From the NCBI RefSeq assembly GCF_963921235.1, contig NC_086108.1, positions 59,026,001 through 59,090,000 of the forward strand: DNA of 64,000 nucleotides, in the 5' to 3' direction. A program made the position numbers and the translations under genes. Each line of letters begins with the position of its first letter. The stretch's first letter is position 1. This document shows positions 52,039 through 64,000 of the stretch, piece by piece. A model generated the notes under the pieces. That model searched no databases. It was not told the origin of the DNA and saw only the letters and a program-made list of their open reading frames with translations. This stretch comes from Mobula hypostoma (taxonomy: Eukaryota).

Positions 52039-52704
52039 TACAAGTCTGTATACTTAGGCATTGGAAGATTCAAAATTTAGAACACTGCACTATACAATAT
52101 AAAAACTTAAAATATGGCATCTGGATCATTGATCTTGGAAAGTAAGCTTTGGCAAAATGAGTGGAGTAATTCAAAAATAGTTCATATAAATAAAATTCAT
52201 TTTCAGATGTTGCAAATATATAGGACTGACATACTAGTATGGTGCAGAATACATCTCATTGTAAAAAGGCATACAGTATGCAAATAAAAAGAGACTGTGG
52301 AATGCTTTACATGCAGATTAAATGTGAAAGCTAATGTTTTTAGAAGTATCAGTAGGGTCTGATATTTTTAGGTATATAATTTATTAATTCACAGTGTTTG
52401 TTCAATTAAGGCATATCCATTCTTTCATTTGAGACTGCTGCTGAAATATATTTTGCACATTCCAACAATGATTTATTTAACTGTGCAAATATGTTTTTTT
52501 TGGTTTCACATTTTATTGTCAAGAATAAACACATCAAATATAGCACATGACTAAGATCGTCGCAATAATTAAATGAGAACTCATATATGGATGACAAAGT
52601 CATATGGTTAGCAATCGTGAATTACATTCAGGAGCACAATGTCAAAACCAGAACTGAATGGATGCTGTGCTTCTTCATCAACTCTGATATTGAATTGTCA
52701 TAAT

Positions 52705-53130
52705 TATGATAAGTTCATTAGATTGATTCCTGGAATGACAAGTTTTGTCAATGAGGAAAGCTTAAATAAACTGGGTTTGTATTTTCTTAAGTTTGGAAGG
52801 AAGGGAGGCAATCTCACTGAAATTGGACAGGATAGATATGAAGTTGATACTTCCAGTGGCTATGGTGACTAGAACTGGGTTTTTTCAAAATAAGAGGGAG
52901 GGCATTTATAACAGAACTAGAAAAGAATTTATTCTCTGAGAGGGCGGTAGGCTTTTGAATTCACTGCCCAAGAGAAGTGAAGGCTCAGATGCTGATTATA
53001 TGGAAGGTCAAAATTAACAGGATTTTTGATATTAAAAGAATTGAGGGGCATGGCGTTCCTGCCAGAAAGTAGGATTAAAAGTGATAGATCAGCAACATGG
53101 GGCTAATGGTCTAATACTGCTATTTCTTAA
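52705..53130 (+). mobile_element. Old CR1 3' fragment
   Basis: FIRLIPGM....EE.LNKLGLY.L.F. Confidence 0.6.
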
Positions 53131-53334
53131 AGTGTCAATGAGTCCTGGTATGCTTATATTTGAGCTTTGCTAAGTGGAGCAATGACAAACATAGTTATAT
53201 AACTTCTTGTCGCATACTGTGTCTAGATTGGCATTATAAAAGATACAATGTAAAATTACTTCCACTCCGTCTTGAGAGTAAGCTTTACTCGTGCGAGACA
53301 CAAGAGACTGGAATTTTTTTACACTACATGCAGA

Positions 53335-53592
53335 ACCATAAGACCATAAGGTGTAGAAGCAGAAGTAGGCCATTTGGCCCATCGGATCTGCTCCTCCATT
53401 TTATCATGGCTGATCCAATTCTTCCAGTCATCCCCACTCCCCTGCCTTCTCCCCATACCCTTTGATGCCTTTCCTAATCAAGAACCTATCTATATCTGCC
53501 TTAAATGCACTCAATGATTTGGCCTCCACAGCCGCTCGTGGCAACAAATTCCACAGATTTACCAACCTTCGACTAAAGTTATTTCTCCACAG
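53335..53592 (-). mobile_element. CR1 3' fragment
   Basis: (accataag)2 tail and reverse complement of 46950-47175. Confidence 0.85.
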
Positions 53593-54902
53593 TAATTTCT
53601 ACTTATAACCTGGAGTTATAAGTAAGCTGCTAGAGGAAGTCGGTGGGTAAAATTGTATTTGTGAGGGCAAAAAGATATTTGGTACTTCGCATTGAGACCC
53701 TGCCTTAGTAATCCTAATATTGTGTTGCCAATAGGTCTCCTGCCCTGAATTCATTTGCAAGCTAGAACATTTGTCAGTGTTCCTCACCTGTCAAAATGCT
53801 TATCTCTATTTGCCATGGGCAGAACATGGGGAGCTATTCCAATGATGTCACTCAACTCATTTCAGAAGTAATAATGAGGAAAGAAAGAGTCTTTAAAAGG
53901 TGATAATTTAAAATCAGTCCCAAGAACAGCAGAAGCTTGTTTAAGCAAAATCACAACACAAGTGGAATAGAATGTAGACAGAAAATTGAATGCTTGGTAT
54001 TATTAAATATATATGTAAAGAATATAAAAGACAGAAGATAATGTTAACTTTTATAAGTTGTATTTGGGACTATTATGTATCACTTTGCATATCCAGGGTG
54101 TAAAAGGTGGATTAAGTACCAGTAAGAAAGGATTGCTATTATTCACCTAGATTTGAGAATTTATTGTATTAGAGATTAGAAAGTTAAGAGTCACTGGATG
54201 GAAGTCTCCAGGAGTACAGATAGATTTTTGTAAGGTAAAAAGTAATAGATTGTTTCTGCTGGATATTATGATAGTAACAAAAGGCACATTTATGCTCAGT
54301 ACAAAAGGAAATGAAGAGGAAGTTGGAAAAAATCTTTGTGAAGTTTAAGCTGCTTAATTCTCTTTGGATGTTATTGTTGAAGAAGAGCCTTTCGATTATC
54401 TATAAAGAGAAAATGATAGTTGGGTGAGAATATGGGATATTAAGGTACTAGAGTGAGCTGGAGAATGGAATTAAACTAGGCATTCAGACTGAAAGCACAT
54501 ACTGGTTTCATTCACCACAGATGTTATAAGTAATAGGCCAGAAATATTCACTTCAAGATATGTTAGAAGTTTGAGTGGAGATCATCAAATGAATCATGCA
54601 GTGTGAGTGAGATGAAGCAGTTGTTCATGGAATTAATAGTGAGTACTAGTTCAGAAAGGTCAGTTCTAGATATACAAACAAATGATCACTGAAATTAAAC
54701 TCCTTCCATTGAAATAAGTATTTAGCTATGAAACCTACATACCCAGGACTCACTCCCCTTAATTAGGTTTCTTAAAGTCATTTCTATAGCCAGGTTTCTA
54801 CCATTTTTCCATTTTCTCTCTCACATTTTGGAGAGGTGCTTATTCCAAGCCACAATCTATGATGAGCTCTGAGATTTAAATAATGTCAAGCTGTAAGAAG
54901 GC

Positions 54903-55360
54903 AAGACCTTAAGACATAGGGGCAAAATCAGGCCATTCAGCCCATTGACTCTGCTCTGCCATTCCATCATAGCTACTTTATCAACCCTCTCTGGCCTTTT
55001 GAATCAAGAGCTTATCAACCTCTGCTTTAAATATAACCAATGGCTTGGCCTTCACAGCCATCTGTGGCAATGAATTCCACAGATTCACCACCCTCTAGCT
55101 AAAGATATTCCTCCTAAAATCTGTTCTAAAGGGAAGTCCTTGTATTCTGAGTTTATGCCCTCTAGTCCTAGAATCTCCCACTATTCCACTCTATGTCGGC
55201 CTTTCAATATTCAATAGGTTTGAATGAGGTTCCCCCTCATTCTTTTAAATACCACCATGTACAGGCCCAGAGCCATCAAACACTCCTCAGACATTAATCC
55301 TTTTATTTCCAAGATCATTCTTGTGAACTTTCTCTGAACTCTCTCCAAAGCCAACACAAG
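54903..55360 (-). mobile_element. CR1 3' fragment
   Basis: Reverse complement of the RT C-terminus and UTR of the 44290-47180 family. Confidence 0.8.
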
Positions 55361-56842
55361 CTTTCAATACTAAAAAACAGATAATACTAGAAATATTCAG
55401 CAGGCCAGACAGATCTGTGGAGAGAAAACTGATAAAAATATAAACTCTTTTATTTTTTTAATAGTAGCCAAATAGCCCAGTGAGTATTTCTTGCATTTTC
55501 AGCTTTTATTTCAGATTTTAAATATTTGCTTTTTTTTACTTTTCAAATTATTGGTGTTTTATCCGCTTATTAGAAATCCACTCATTAATCTAATTGTTCA
55601 CACAGCACAACATAAATGGATGGCAAGCATTTCAAATGTCTGCTGAGAGGATAATTGCACAGACCTTACAGATTTTCCCTTTATTAGGCAAGCTACTTGC
55701 TTATATCAGACATTGAGTTCGGACACCAATGCTTTGGGCTTGACTGCTCTCTAATTCTAATAGCCCCAGGGTTTATGAAGCCAGGCTGCAGCACCCTTTT
55801 TCTGTCTATGTGGCATAACATTGACTGTACAATTGTTCATCAGTCATCAGAAAATGTATTTTCTTTTTGAAACATCTGCTTGCTACAACTAATCACATTG
55901 TCATTCTCGATAGGCATCATTTAGCTGCGTTTATCCTGGCAATGTTTTCAGATCCAATTTCCTCCACTGCTTGATTACTTATTGCAAAATACAAGAAATA
56001 TCATTTAGGGGAAGGTTGCAGAATTTATCAACAAATTTAATGCTGTATGCATTGGTTGGAAGTACCAGATACAAATACATGTTAAAGAACCTATAAACTA
56101 TGAATATGTAAGGATATGGATTTCTAATTGGCCGTGATTTTTTATTAATTTTCTGCTAACCTCTAATAGTTCAAATCATGGACATATTAAATTGGTGGGC
56201 CTGATTGATGCCATAATTCAATTTTTTCTCTTTGTCAGACACTGAAGGTGTGCCCTCTAGGTATTTCCCCTGCCACCATTCAAGAGGAAGTGGATGAGGT
56301 ACGTAATTAGATTCTGGTTAATCTAGTGGCCTTCTACTGATCATTTGTATCCAGGTAATCGTAGGGGATGGGGTTGTCAGAGATCTAGTTAGGTACATAA
56401 TATGTGTGGAGGTGAGGAACTGCTGACCTTGTCCAGACAGAGAAAGGAAAGATTGTTACACAGAAAAGTGTTTTTAGCCTTATGATTCACATCACTGAGA
56501 ACTTTGCTAAAATTACTGTTGGAGCCTCAGGTCAGATTAAGATGAGATTAACTTGAATTAGGTCCATAGCAGCTTCATGCAATTTAATGGCTGGTTCATT
56601 GTTGATTACATATACCATAAGGGTATGATTCCATGGCTATGAAATGGTGTGAACTCTTCAAGTTACCACAGATCAAAAATATTGCTGTGCTTGCATGATA
56701 TGATGTCATTTGATATCAATCAACAGAATCACATTGATAAATTACTATTATTTCAAGTATGAAATAGCAAGCATAGTGACATGAATAAAATTACATGAAG
56801 CTCAAGTCATCATGGAGCAATAAACTGGTACCATTAGTTCTA

Positions 56843-57067
56843 TGGCAACACACACAAAATGCTGCAGGAACTTAGCAGGCCAGGCAGCATCTCTGGGAAT
56901 GAGAACACAGTCAACATTTACGGCCGAGACCCTTCTTCAGGATTCTTGGCCCAAAACATCGACTGTTTACTCCTTTCCATAGATACTGCTTGGCTTGCTA
57001 AGTTCCTCCAGCATCCTGTGTGTGTCACTTTGGATTTCCAGCATCTGCAGATTTTCTCATGTTTGTG
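56843..57067. mobile_element. Fold-back Penelope terminal-repeat dyad with perfect 13-bp TSD
   Basis: TSD ACCATTAGTTCTA at 56830-56842 and 57068-57080; inverted arms meet at about 56935-56945 within the hammerhead region. Confidence 0.85.
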
Positions 57068-57759
57068 ACCATTAGTTCTAAAATTCCTCTGATCTTATTC
57101 AGAACCATGCAGCCATACACAAAAACTAGATGAAGAATTTGTACGATGTATGGAATTGTTCTTTATGATAGAATGGTTTTGAGGTTAAAAAGGTACACTT
57201 TAAAGAGATTGCAGAATTTGATGCACAGTTTGTAAAATACAAGTGAATAGTTTATTTAGGAAACCAGGCCTAATGAACTTATCAGAGATAACTGGAGCCA
57301 ACAGCTGAGCTGTACGTGTCAGTAGTGAAGAAACATGGTAGAGAGATTTTGTCCAATACTAGAAGGGAATCAGGAACTGATGTCCTGCTGCTGAAGATGT
57401 GCCCAGAGTGGAGAACCATGTGGATGAAAGTGAGAGATGTGAACATCAGCACTGCTGCAATTGGATCCACAGTCAGAGTCAGACAAGCTGCAAATGGAAA
57501 AAGTTCTGGTCTGGTTTCTCAAGAAAATAAGTTTGGTCCAGCCTGATTCCCTGAGAACATTAGAGCACAGCAATTATCACTGGAGATCCATGATTTGAAT
57601 GTCATTCAACTGAGTTGTAATGGTGTTAAGTGGACTGATGTATGTGTAGAATTATCACACAAAATCTGGATGAAACTTTGTAGTAAAAGGATCTTTGATG
57701 TCTGACCTGCTATAAGGGAGGGGTGGGTTGAGAAATGTTCTTACAGATTTAGGAATCCG

Positions 57760-58270
57760 AAATGGGATATTTATTTTCAGGAAGGGAAAGTCAAGGGAAC
57801 ACATATCAATCCTCTTCAAGGGATCAGCAGTGGTAAGGCTGAGCAGTTTCAAGCTTCTATGTGTCTATGTGTCAATATCACTGAAGATCTATCCTGGGTC
57901 CAACACATTTACACAGTTACAAAGAAGGCATGACAATGGCTGTATTGCATTAGGAGCTTGAGGAGATTTAGTATGTCACTAATGACTCGAGGAAATTTCT
58001 ACAGATACACCATGGAAAGCATTCTAATTGGTTGCATCACCTACTGGCATGGAGTGGCCATTGCACAGGATTGGAAAAAGCTACAGAACATTGGAAACTC
58101 AGCCAGCTCCATCATGGATACTACTTGCCCCAGCACTGATGACATCATCAAAAAAAAGATGTCTCAAAAAGGTGACATTTATCATTAAGGACCCCCAATC
58201 ACCCAGGACATACCCTCTTTTCATTGCTGCCAGCAGGAGGAGGTACAGGAGCCTGAAGACACATACTCTT
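57760..58270 (+). mobile_element. Rex1/Babar-like LINE 3' fragment
   Basis: GSAVVRLSSFKLL, NFYRYTMESILIGCITYWHG and RRYRSLKT motifs. Confidence 0.75.
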
Positions 58271-59224
58271 ATCAATCACCTCCAGCCAATTCATCCTGAA
58301 TCCCAGAGGACCGTCTATGAAGGAGTGCAAGGACACTTGTTTATTGTAAGACAGAAAGACCATCTAATTATAAATGGTTAATTGAAGGGAAAAAGCTATA
58401 TAAGTAAAAATTACAGTTTGAGCAGACTAGAACTTGATTGAAGAACAGTTTGAAAATTCACATGAGAACAATTTACTGAGAATGTGGGCTTATGAATTTA
58501 TCAAAAGCAAAGTCTTCCATTTTGCAGCCAATTTCTGAGGAACACATGACAACAACAGAGAAGCAGGGTATAGAGCCAACCAGGAACCTAACCAGTGGGT
58601 GATCATGTGGCCATAGCAGTGATAACAATGTTAAAGGTAAGGAGGTATAGGCATTTGCACTGCTGCAGGCAGAAATGTAATTGGAGAAATAGTCATTTAA
58701 AATTATGTATTATCTGGACTAACCACTTGAAGATGTGCAGGGTCAGATGCTATCAGCAAAGCTAAGGCCTTAAGGTATAGTAGCTAATGCAATTTGAACA
58801 TAAATGGTGACAAGGGAAAGAATATTGATATTACTTGAAGAATGTATCACCTGCAACCTCGGTAATGTTCTTTGGTTCAGTTATACTAATCCTCAGCCTC
58901 CTGCAAAATCAGGGTTTCTAAAGTGACAGAAGAGTTGGGAACAATTTGTTCCTACACTTGTAATATTCTCGGAAGATAGCATTTTCTTTGAATGACGTTG
59001 TAAAATTATTCACTTTTCTCTCACTATATATCTGGAATGGAAAGATTCCAGACAGGAATCTTTGTGTTTAAGACAGAGAGAGGATGGATCAGTTGGTGTA
59101 CAGGAGATGCACAGTGTAGAAGACTGTGAGGATGGATAGGAAGTGGATAGGGCATAATTGCAGTCAGTTGGATGGGTTGAAATGTTCTTATTTTAATGTG
59201 AGACTTATCAGTGCCACTCTTGAT

Positions 59225-61925
59225 AAGCTTAGAGAATGGATCAGTACATGAAACTATGACGTGGAGGCTGCTGAATGTTCTGGGGTTTAGATGTTTCAAA
59301 AGGGACGGAGGGGGAGGTAAATGAGGTGGGAGAGTGGCATTGTAATCAGGGATGGTATCACAGCTGCAAAAAGGGAAGATTTGTGGAGGGATCATCTACT
59401 GACTCAGGGTGGGTGGATGTCAGAAACAGAAAGGGAGCAATCATGTCCCCCACCCCCAACTCCACTGCCCCCCCCCCCACTCCCGCTTTCCTATGGCAAC
59501 AGGATACTGAGGAAAAGATCAGGACAGGCTTTGGAAAGATGAAAAAAAATAGCAGGGTTGTTGTCATGGATAACTTCAATTTCTCTAAGGAGTCCAGGAA
59601 GGATTCTTGACACAATATGTAGACAGGTCGACTAGAGGAGAGTCCATACTGGATCAAGTAATAGGCAGTGAACTTGGTCAGATGTCAGATCTCTTGGTGG
59701 GTGAGTATTTGGGAGACAGTGACCACAACTTCCCAATCTTAAGCATAGCTTTGGACATGGATAGGAGCAGACGGTATAGGAAAGTGTTCAATTGAGGGGG
59801 AAGGTGAATTTTGATGTTATAAGGCAAGAACTTGAGAACATAAATTGGGAACAAATTTACTCAAGAATATGCACAACAAAAATGTAGAGGTTGTTTAGGG
59901 AACACTTACATGGGATCCTAGATAGGCTTGTGCCATTGAGGCAGGGAAATGATGGTAGGGTGACAGAACCATAATTGACAAGAGAAATGAACCATCTAGT
60001 CAAGAGGAAGGAAAAAGCTGGCTTCAGGTTTTGGAAGCAAGTATCAGACAGGGCTCTAAAGAGTTACTACGCAGCCAGGAAGGAGCTTAATAATGGATTT
60101 AGGAGAGCTAGAAGGGGTCATGAGAATGCCTTGGTGAGTAGGATAAAGGAAACCCCTAAGGTATTCTACATGTACGTGAAGAACAGGAAGATGAGTAGAT
60201 TGAGGGTAGGATCAATCAGGGATAAAAGAAGAAACATGTGTCTGAAGTCAGACAGTGTAAGGTAGGTCCTTAGTGAATACTTTGCTTCAGTATTCACCAG
60301 TGAGAAGAACCTTAATGAATGTGAGGTCAGTGTAAAACAGGCTGATATGCTGGAACATGTCAATGTTAACAAAAAGGATGTGCTGGAACTTTTGTAAAAC
60401 CTTAAGTTAGGTAAGTCCCCTGGGGCTGGGCAAGGTATAATTCAGGTTACTATGGGAATTGAAGAAAGAAACAGCTCTACATTTGGCAAAGATTTTTACA
60501 TCCTAACAGGCCACAGGAGTAGTACCAGAAGATTGGAGGGTGGAAAATGTTATTCCTTTGTTCAAGAAAAGGAATTGTGATGACACACAAAATTATAGAC
60601 CAGTGTGTTTTGCTTCATGATGGGCAAACTATTGGAGAGGATCTTTACAGATAGGATTTACAAGCATTTGGAGGCTTTTTCTCTGATTAGGGATAGTCAA
60701 CACGGCTCAGTGAGGGCAGGTTGTGGCTCCATAGCCTGAATGAATTCTTTGAGGAAGTGGCAAAACAAACTGATGAAGGCAAAGCAGAGGATGTGGTGTG
60801 TATAGACTTTAGTAAGGCACTTGATGAGATTCACAATGGTAGGCTTATTCCGAAAGTCTGGGACATGGGATCCAGAAAAACATGGCTTCATGGATTCAGA
60901 AGTGGCTTGCCCACAGAAGGCAGAGGGTAGTAATGTTGCCTAAAGGTTGGTGACCAGAGGTGTTCTGTGATGATCTGACCTGTGACTCCAGCTCTTTGTG
61001 ATTTTTATAAATGACTCGCATGAGGAAGTAGAAGGCTGGGTTAGTAAATTTGCATATGGCACAAAGGTTAGTGGTTCAGAAGTTTGTTGTAGGTTATATG
61101 GGGCATTGATAGGATGCAGAGCTGGGCTGAGAAGTGGCAGATGGAGTTCAATCAGGACAACTGCGAAGTGAATAACATTGATAGATCAAATCTAAAGGCA
61201 GGATACAAAGTTAATGGCTCTATTACTAACAGTGTGGAGGGACAGAGAGATCTTGGGGACGTGCATATATAGATCCTTCAAAGTCATAGTGAACATTGAT
61301 AGGGTGGTTAAAAAGGCAGACGGTGTGTTGGTCTTCAATAATTAGAGGAATGAGTCCAAGAGTCAAGAGGTAATTTTGCAGCTCTATAAAACTCAGGTTA
61401 GACCACAGTTGGAGTTTGGTGTTAAGTGCTGTTGCCTCATTATAGGAAGGATAAGAAAGCTTTGTAGACCGTACAGAGGAGATATACCAGGAAGCTGCCT
61501 GGATTATAAAGCATGGTCAATGAGGAAGGGTTGAGCGAGCTAGGGCCTTTCTCTTTGGAGAGAGGGAGGATGGGAGGTGACTTGACAGAGGTGTACTAGA
61601 CCATAAGAGGCATAGATGGAGTGGATAGCCAGATACTTTTCCCTAGGGTGGAAATGGGTAATACAAGCTGGCGTAATTTTGAGGTGTTTGGAGGGAAGTA
61701 TAAGGGATGTCAGAAGTGTGTTTTTCTACACAGAGTGGCGGGTATGTGGAATGCGCTCTCAGGCCTGGTGGCAGAGGCAGGTTGGCATATTCATTAAAAG
61801 ATTTTTAGATTGGCACATGGACAAAAAAAATGTAGCACTTTGTGGGTGGGAAATGTTAGAATGGTCTTAGAGTAGGTCAAAGGTACAGTACAATGTTGTT
61901 GCTGAAAGGCCTGTACTGTTACTGT
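59225..61925 (+). mobile_element. Degenerate CR1 LINE ORF2 (different subfamily)
   Basis: TQYVDRSTRGESILD...LGDSDHN, IKETPKVFYMYV, DWRVENVIPLFKK and NYRPV motifs; many stops. Confidence 0.85.
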
Positions 61926-62489
61926 TGGACAGTAGCTCGTTCCTCTCAGCACTGTGTGTCTAAACAACCGACAAACTTTTATAAGCATCCGTACAGCTCC
62001 ATTCATGCTCAAGGATCCAGTTAGGAAACCCTCAGCTCATATGTTGAAAAACCACCCTTGCACAAAATCTGTACAATGCTGATAAAGCACATAGCAGTGT
62101 AGTCAATTCAATCACTGAAACAAACAAGAGGATGTGCCTTGCACTCAATATTTGCATAACAAAGATGATTGACCAACCTACTCTCACTGGACAGCACCAC
62201 TCTCTGACAACAAAGACTCATAGCAAGATCCCCTAATATGCAGACCAACATGAACCATCTTTTCTTTTTCAATATTTTTATTAATTACTTGCATAGACAA
62301 AAACAAAATACATTATGAATTATGGAAACAGAAACAAGATTGAAATGTCCCATAACTATGTATAGTACAAGGTATATTTTATTCTAATCTAAAGCAAAAT
62401 CAAAACCCCAAAACAAAACAAAACAAAAAAAAAAGAACCATCTTAAGAGGTATCTTTTAGCAAAGGCAAGGCAGATGTTACTGATAAAA

Positions 62490-62895
62490 TTCATCACAGC
62501 TTTAAGTCATCAGAGGAATATAATATTCGAAAGTCAAAACTACAAGCTTCATGCAAAACTCATGGATAAATAGCAGCTGTGATCTTTGTCCTCCAGAATG
62601 ATTCTGAAATTTGGACCATCTGCAGAAGGTAGATCACAGCACGACGGAGATAATACCAGTGCTATCTCTGAAAATTTGTCCCATCTACAGTCCGTATCCT
62701 CTGTAAATATATTTAGCATTGAGTCTGAATGATCCTCATCCAGCTCCACTGGACAGGCCGTGATATTTGCATGCTTGAGTGTCTGTAACAGACACTCTTC
62801 TGTGCTCTGTCATGAATAACAATTATGAAGTAGACATGGGAAAAGAGTCAAAGATCTTCTCAAAACTTGGTTGAAAAATGCAACACCCCCATTAT
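62490..62895 (+). mobile_element. Highly degenerate RTE-type LINE 3' remnant
   Basis: Discontinuous SEIWTI, QLHWTG, KRVKDLLK and KCNT motifs resemble the RTE C-terminus. Confidence 0.4.
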
Positions 62896-63329
62896 CCCTG
62901 CACCATGTCTATTCTTAGTGGAAAAGAAACTGAAAACTTCAAGTTCATGCCCCAGCAGCACACAGAAACGCAACGTAACCAGTGGAAAGAGCACACCTGA
63001 CTGCCCACCTAACTCTTCAGGCATTTCCTGTTCCATCTCTGGTAGTGTCAGTGCTTTCTACATTGGCTTCATCAGTCACCTCAAAACTGACAGAACTGGA
63101 GTGGAGGAAAGACATTCTTGGCGGCCTAGGTGGAAGAAAGATTCTAGTCTTTATAGTGATAACTTTACGGAAATTAAATGCAAGTTGCAATGCATAAATA
63201 AACATTCTCATAGTATCAAAGGGTAGAAATAGCCTTCACCAATTATTCTTCTTGAGGAAAACAAGTAAATCTATATGTGCCTGCAGATGAAGTGCAGAGG
63301 GGATGACAGCCAGGCATGATATTCTTGGT

Positions 63330-63430
63330 CCTGACGAAGGGTCTCGGCCCGAAATGTCGACTGTACCTCTTTCTAGAGATGCTGCCTGGCCTGCTGCCTT
63401 CACCAGCAACTTTGACGTGTGTTGCTTGAA
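63330..63430 (+). mobile_element. Solo Penelope terminal-repeat unit with near-intact hammerhead and TSD
   Basis: gtc-CTGACGA-a-GGG-tctcgg-CCC-GAAA-tGTC-gac. TSD ATTCTTGGT at 63321-63329 and 63431-63439. Same subfamily (ttcaccagcaacttt) as 8670-9341. Confidence 0.85.
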
Positions 63431-64000
63431 ATTCTTGGTGTAGCTTTGGCTACTTGATATGTCTCTTGTAATATTTTCACACCCAGTTAAAAAACATTCT
63501 CATAGGAAGCCCCGCATTCTAACTTGAAGCAGTAAATTCAGATGGTGCTTTGAATGTTGCCATTTGAAGTCAGTCTCACATAAGTTTAGTGGTCAATGTT
63601 GGAGTGCAAAAAGAAACATTACAAATTAATTACAAGGAATTATTTTCTGATTTGGTACTCCTGATGTGATTTGTAATTGGCAGCAAAGACTAGAATACAT
63701 CCCCTAATCCATTCTTGAAGAAGTACTATTTTATACATGGCATCTGTATCTGAATTAGTTCTTTATCTACCATTTCCAAGCACCTCTTTTATATAGTTTA
63801 ATTAAAAAGTTCATAGAGGCTGCACATATCTCGGGAAGAGTAAAGTATTGACCAGTTTAGCTCACAAATAACTGAAGTTCTACTTGAGAAAAGTAGCTGT
63901 CGGTTTCCCTTCCAATGATACACAACAGGTACATAACTGGAAACCAGGCATTAGTCATATTTCCAGATGGTTAAAAAATTAGTTACAAATAATAAGTGAT

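Noticed and set aside
43812..64000. Upstream IgLON Ig1 exon (VAWLNRS...DPRV)
   Set aside because: No match seen by eye; probably outside the window.

Overview
Eukaryotic, repeat-dense, mostly intronic DNA. The repeat repertoire (many CR1 LINEs, V-SINEs, Penelope-like elements) suggests a cartilaginous fish, probably a ray or skate; this is inference. The only host coding sequence I can support is two minus-strand exons (43686-43811 and 27107-27241, canonical AG/GT, phase 1-1). They splice into the second Ig domain of an IgLON-family neural adhesion protein (NEGR1/LSAMP/NTM/OPCML/IGLON5 family; paralog unresolved). The rest is mobile DNA: CR1 copies (one near-complete ORF2, one internally permuted), a decayed Gypsy LTR retrotransposon, a Crack/L2-type LINE, Rex1 and RTE remnants, a Buster/Charlie hAT derivative with an 8-bp TSD, and SINEs. 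The most notable signal is a dispersed set of Penelope terminal-repeat units carrying a minimal type I hammerhead ribozyme motif (CTGAYGA-stem-GAAA-CGTH). These include a 672-bp element bounded by two hammerhead-bearing direct repeats and a 9-bp TSD (retrozyme-like), a solo unit with a TSD, and fold-back dyads with TSDs. Most ORFs in the supplied track are repeat fragments or noise. Boundaries of degenerate repeats were read by eye and are approximate.
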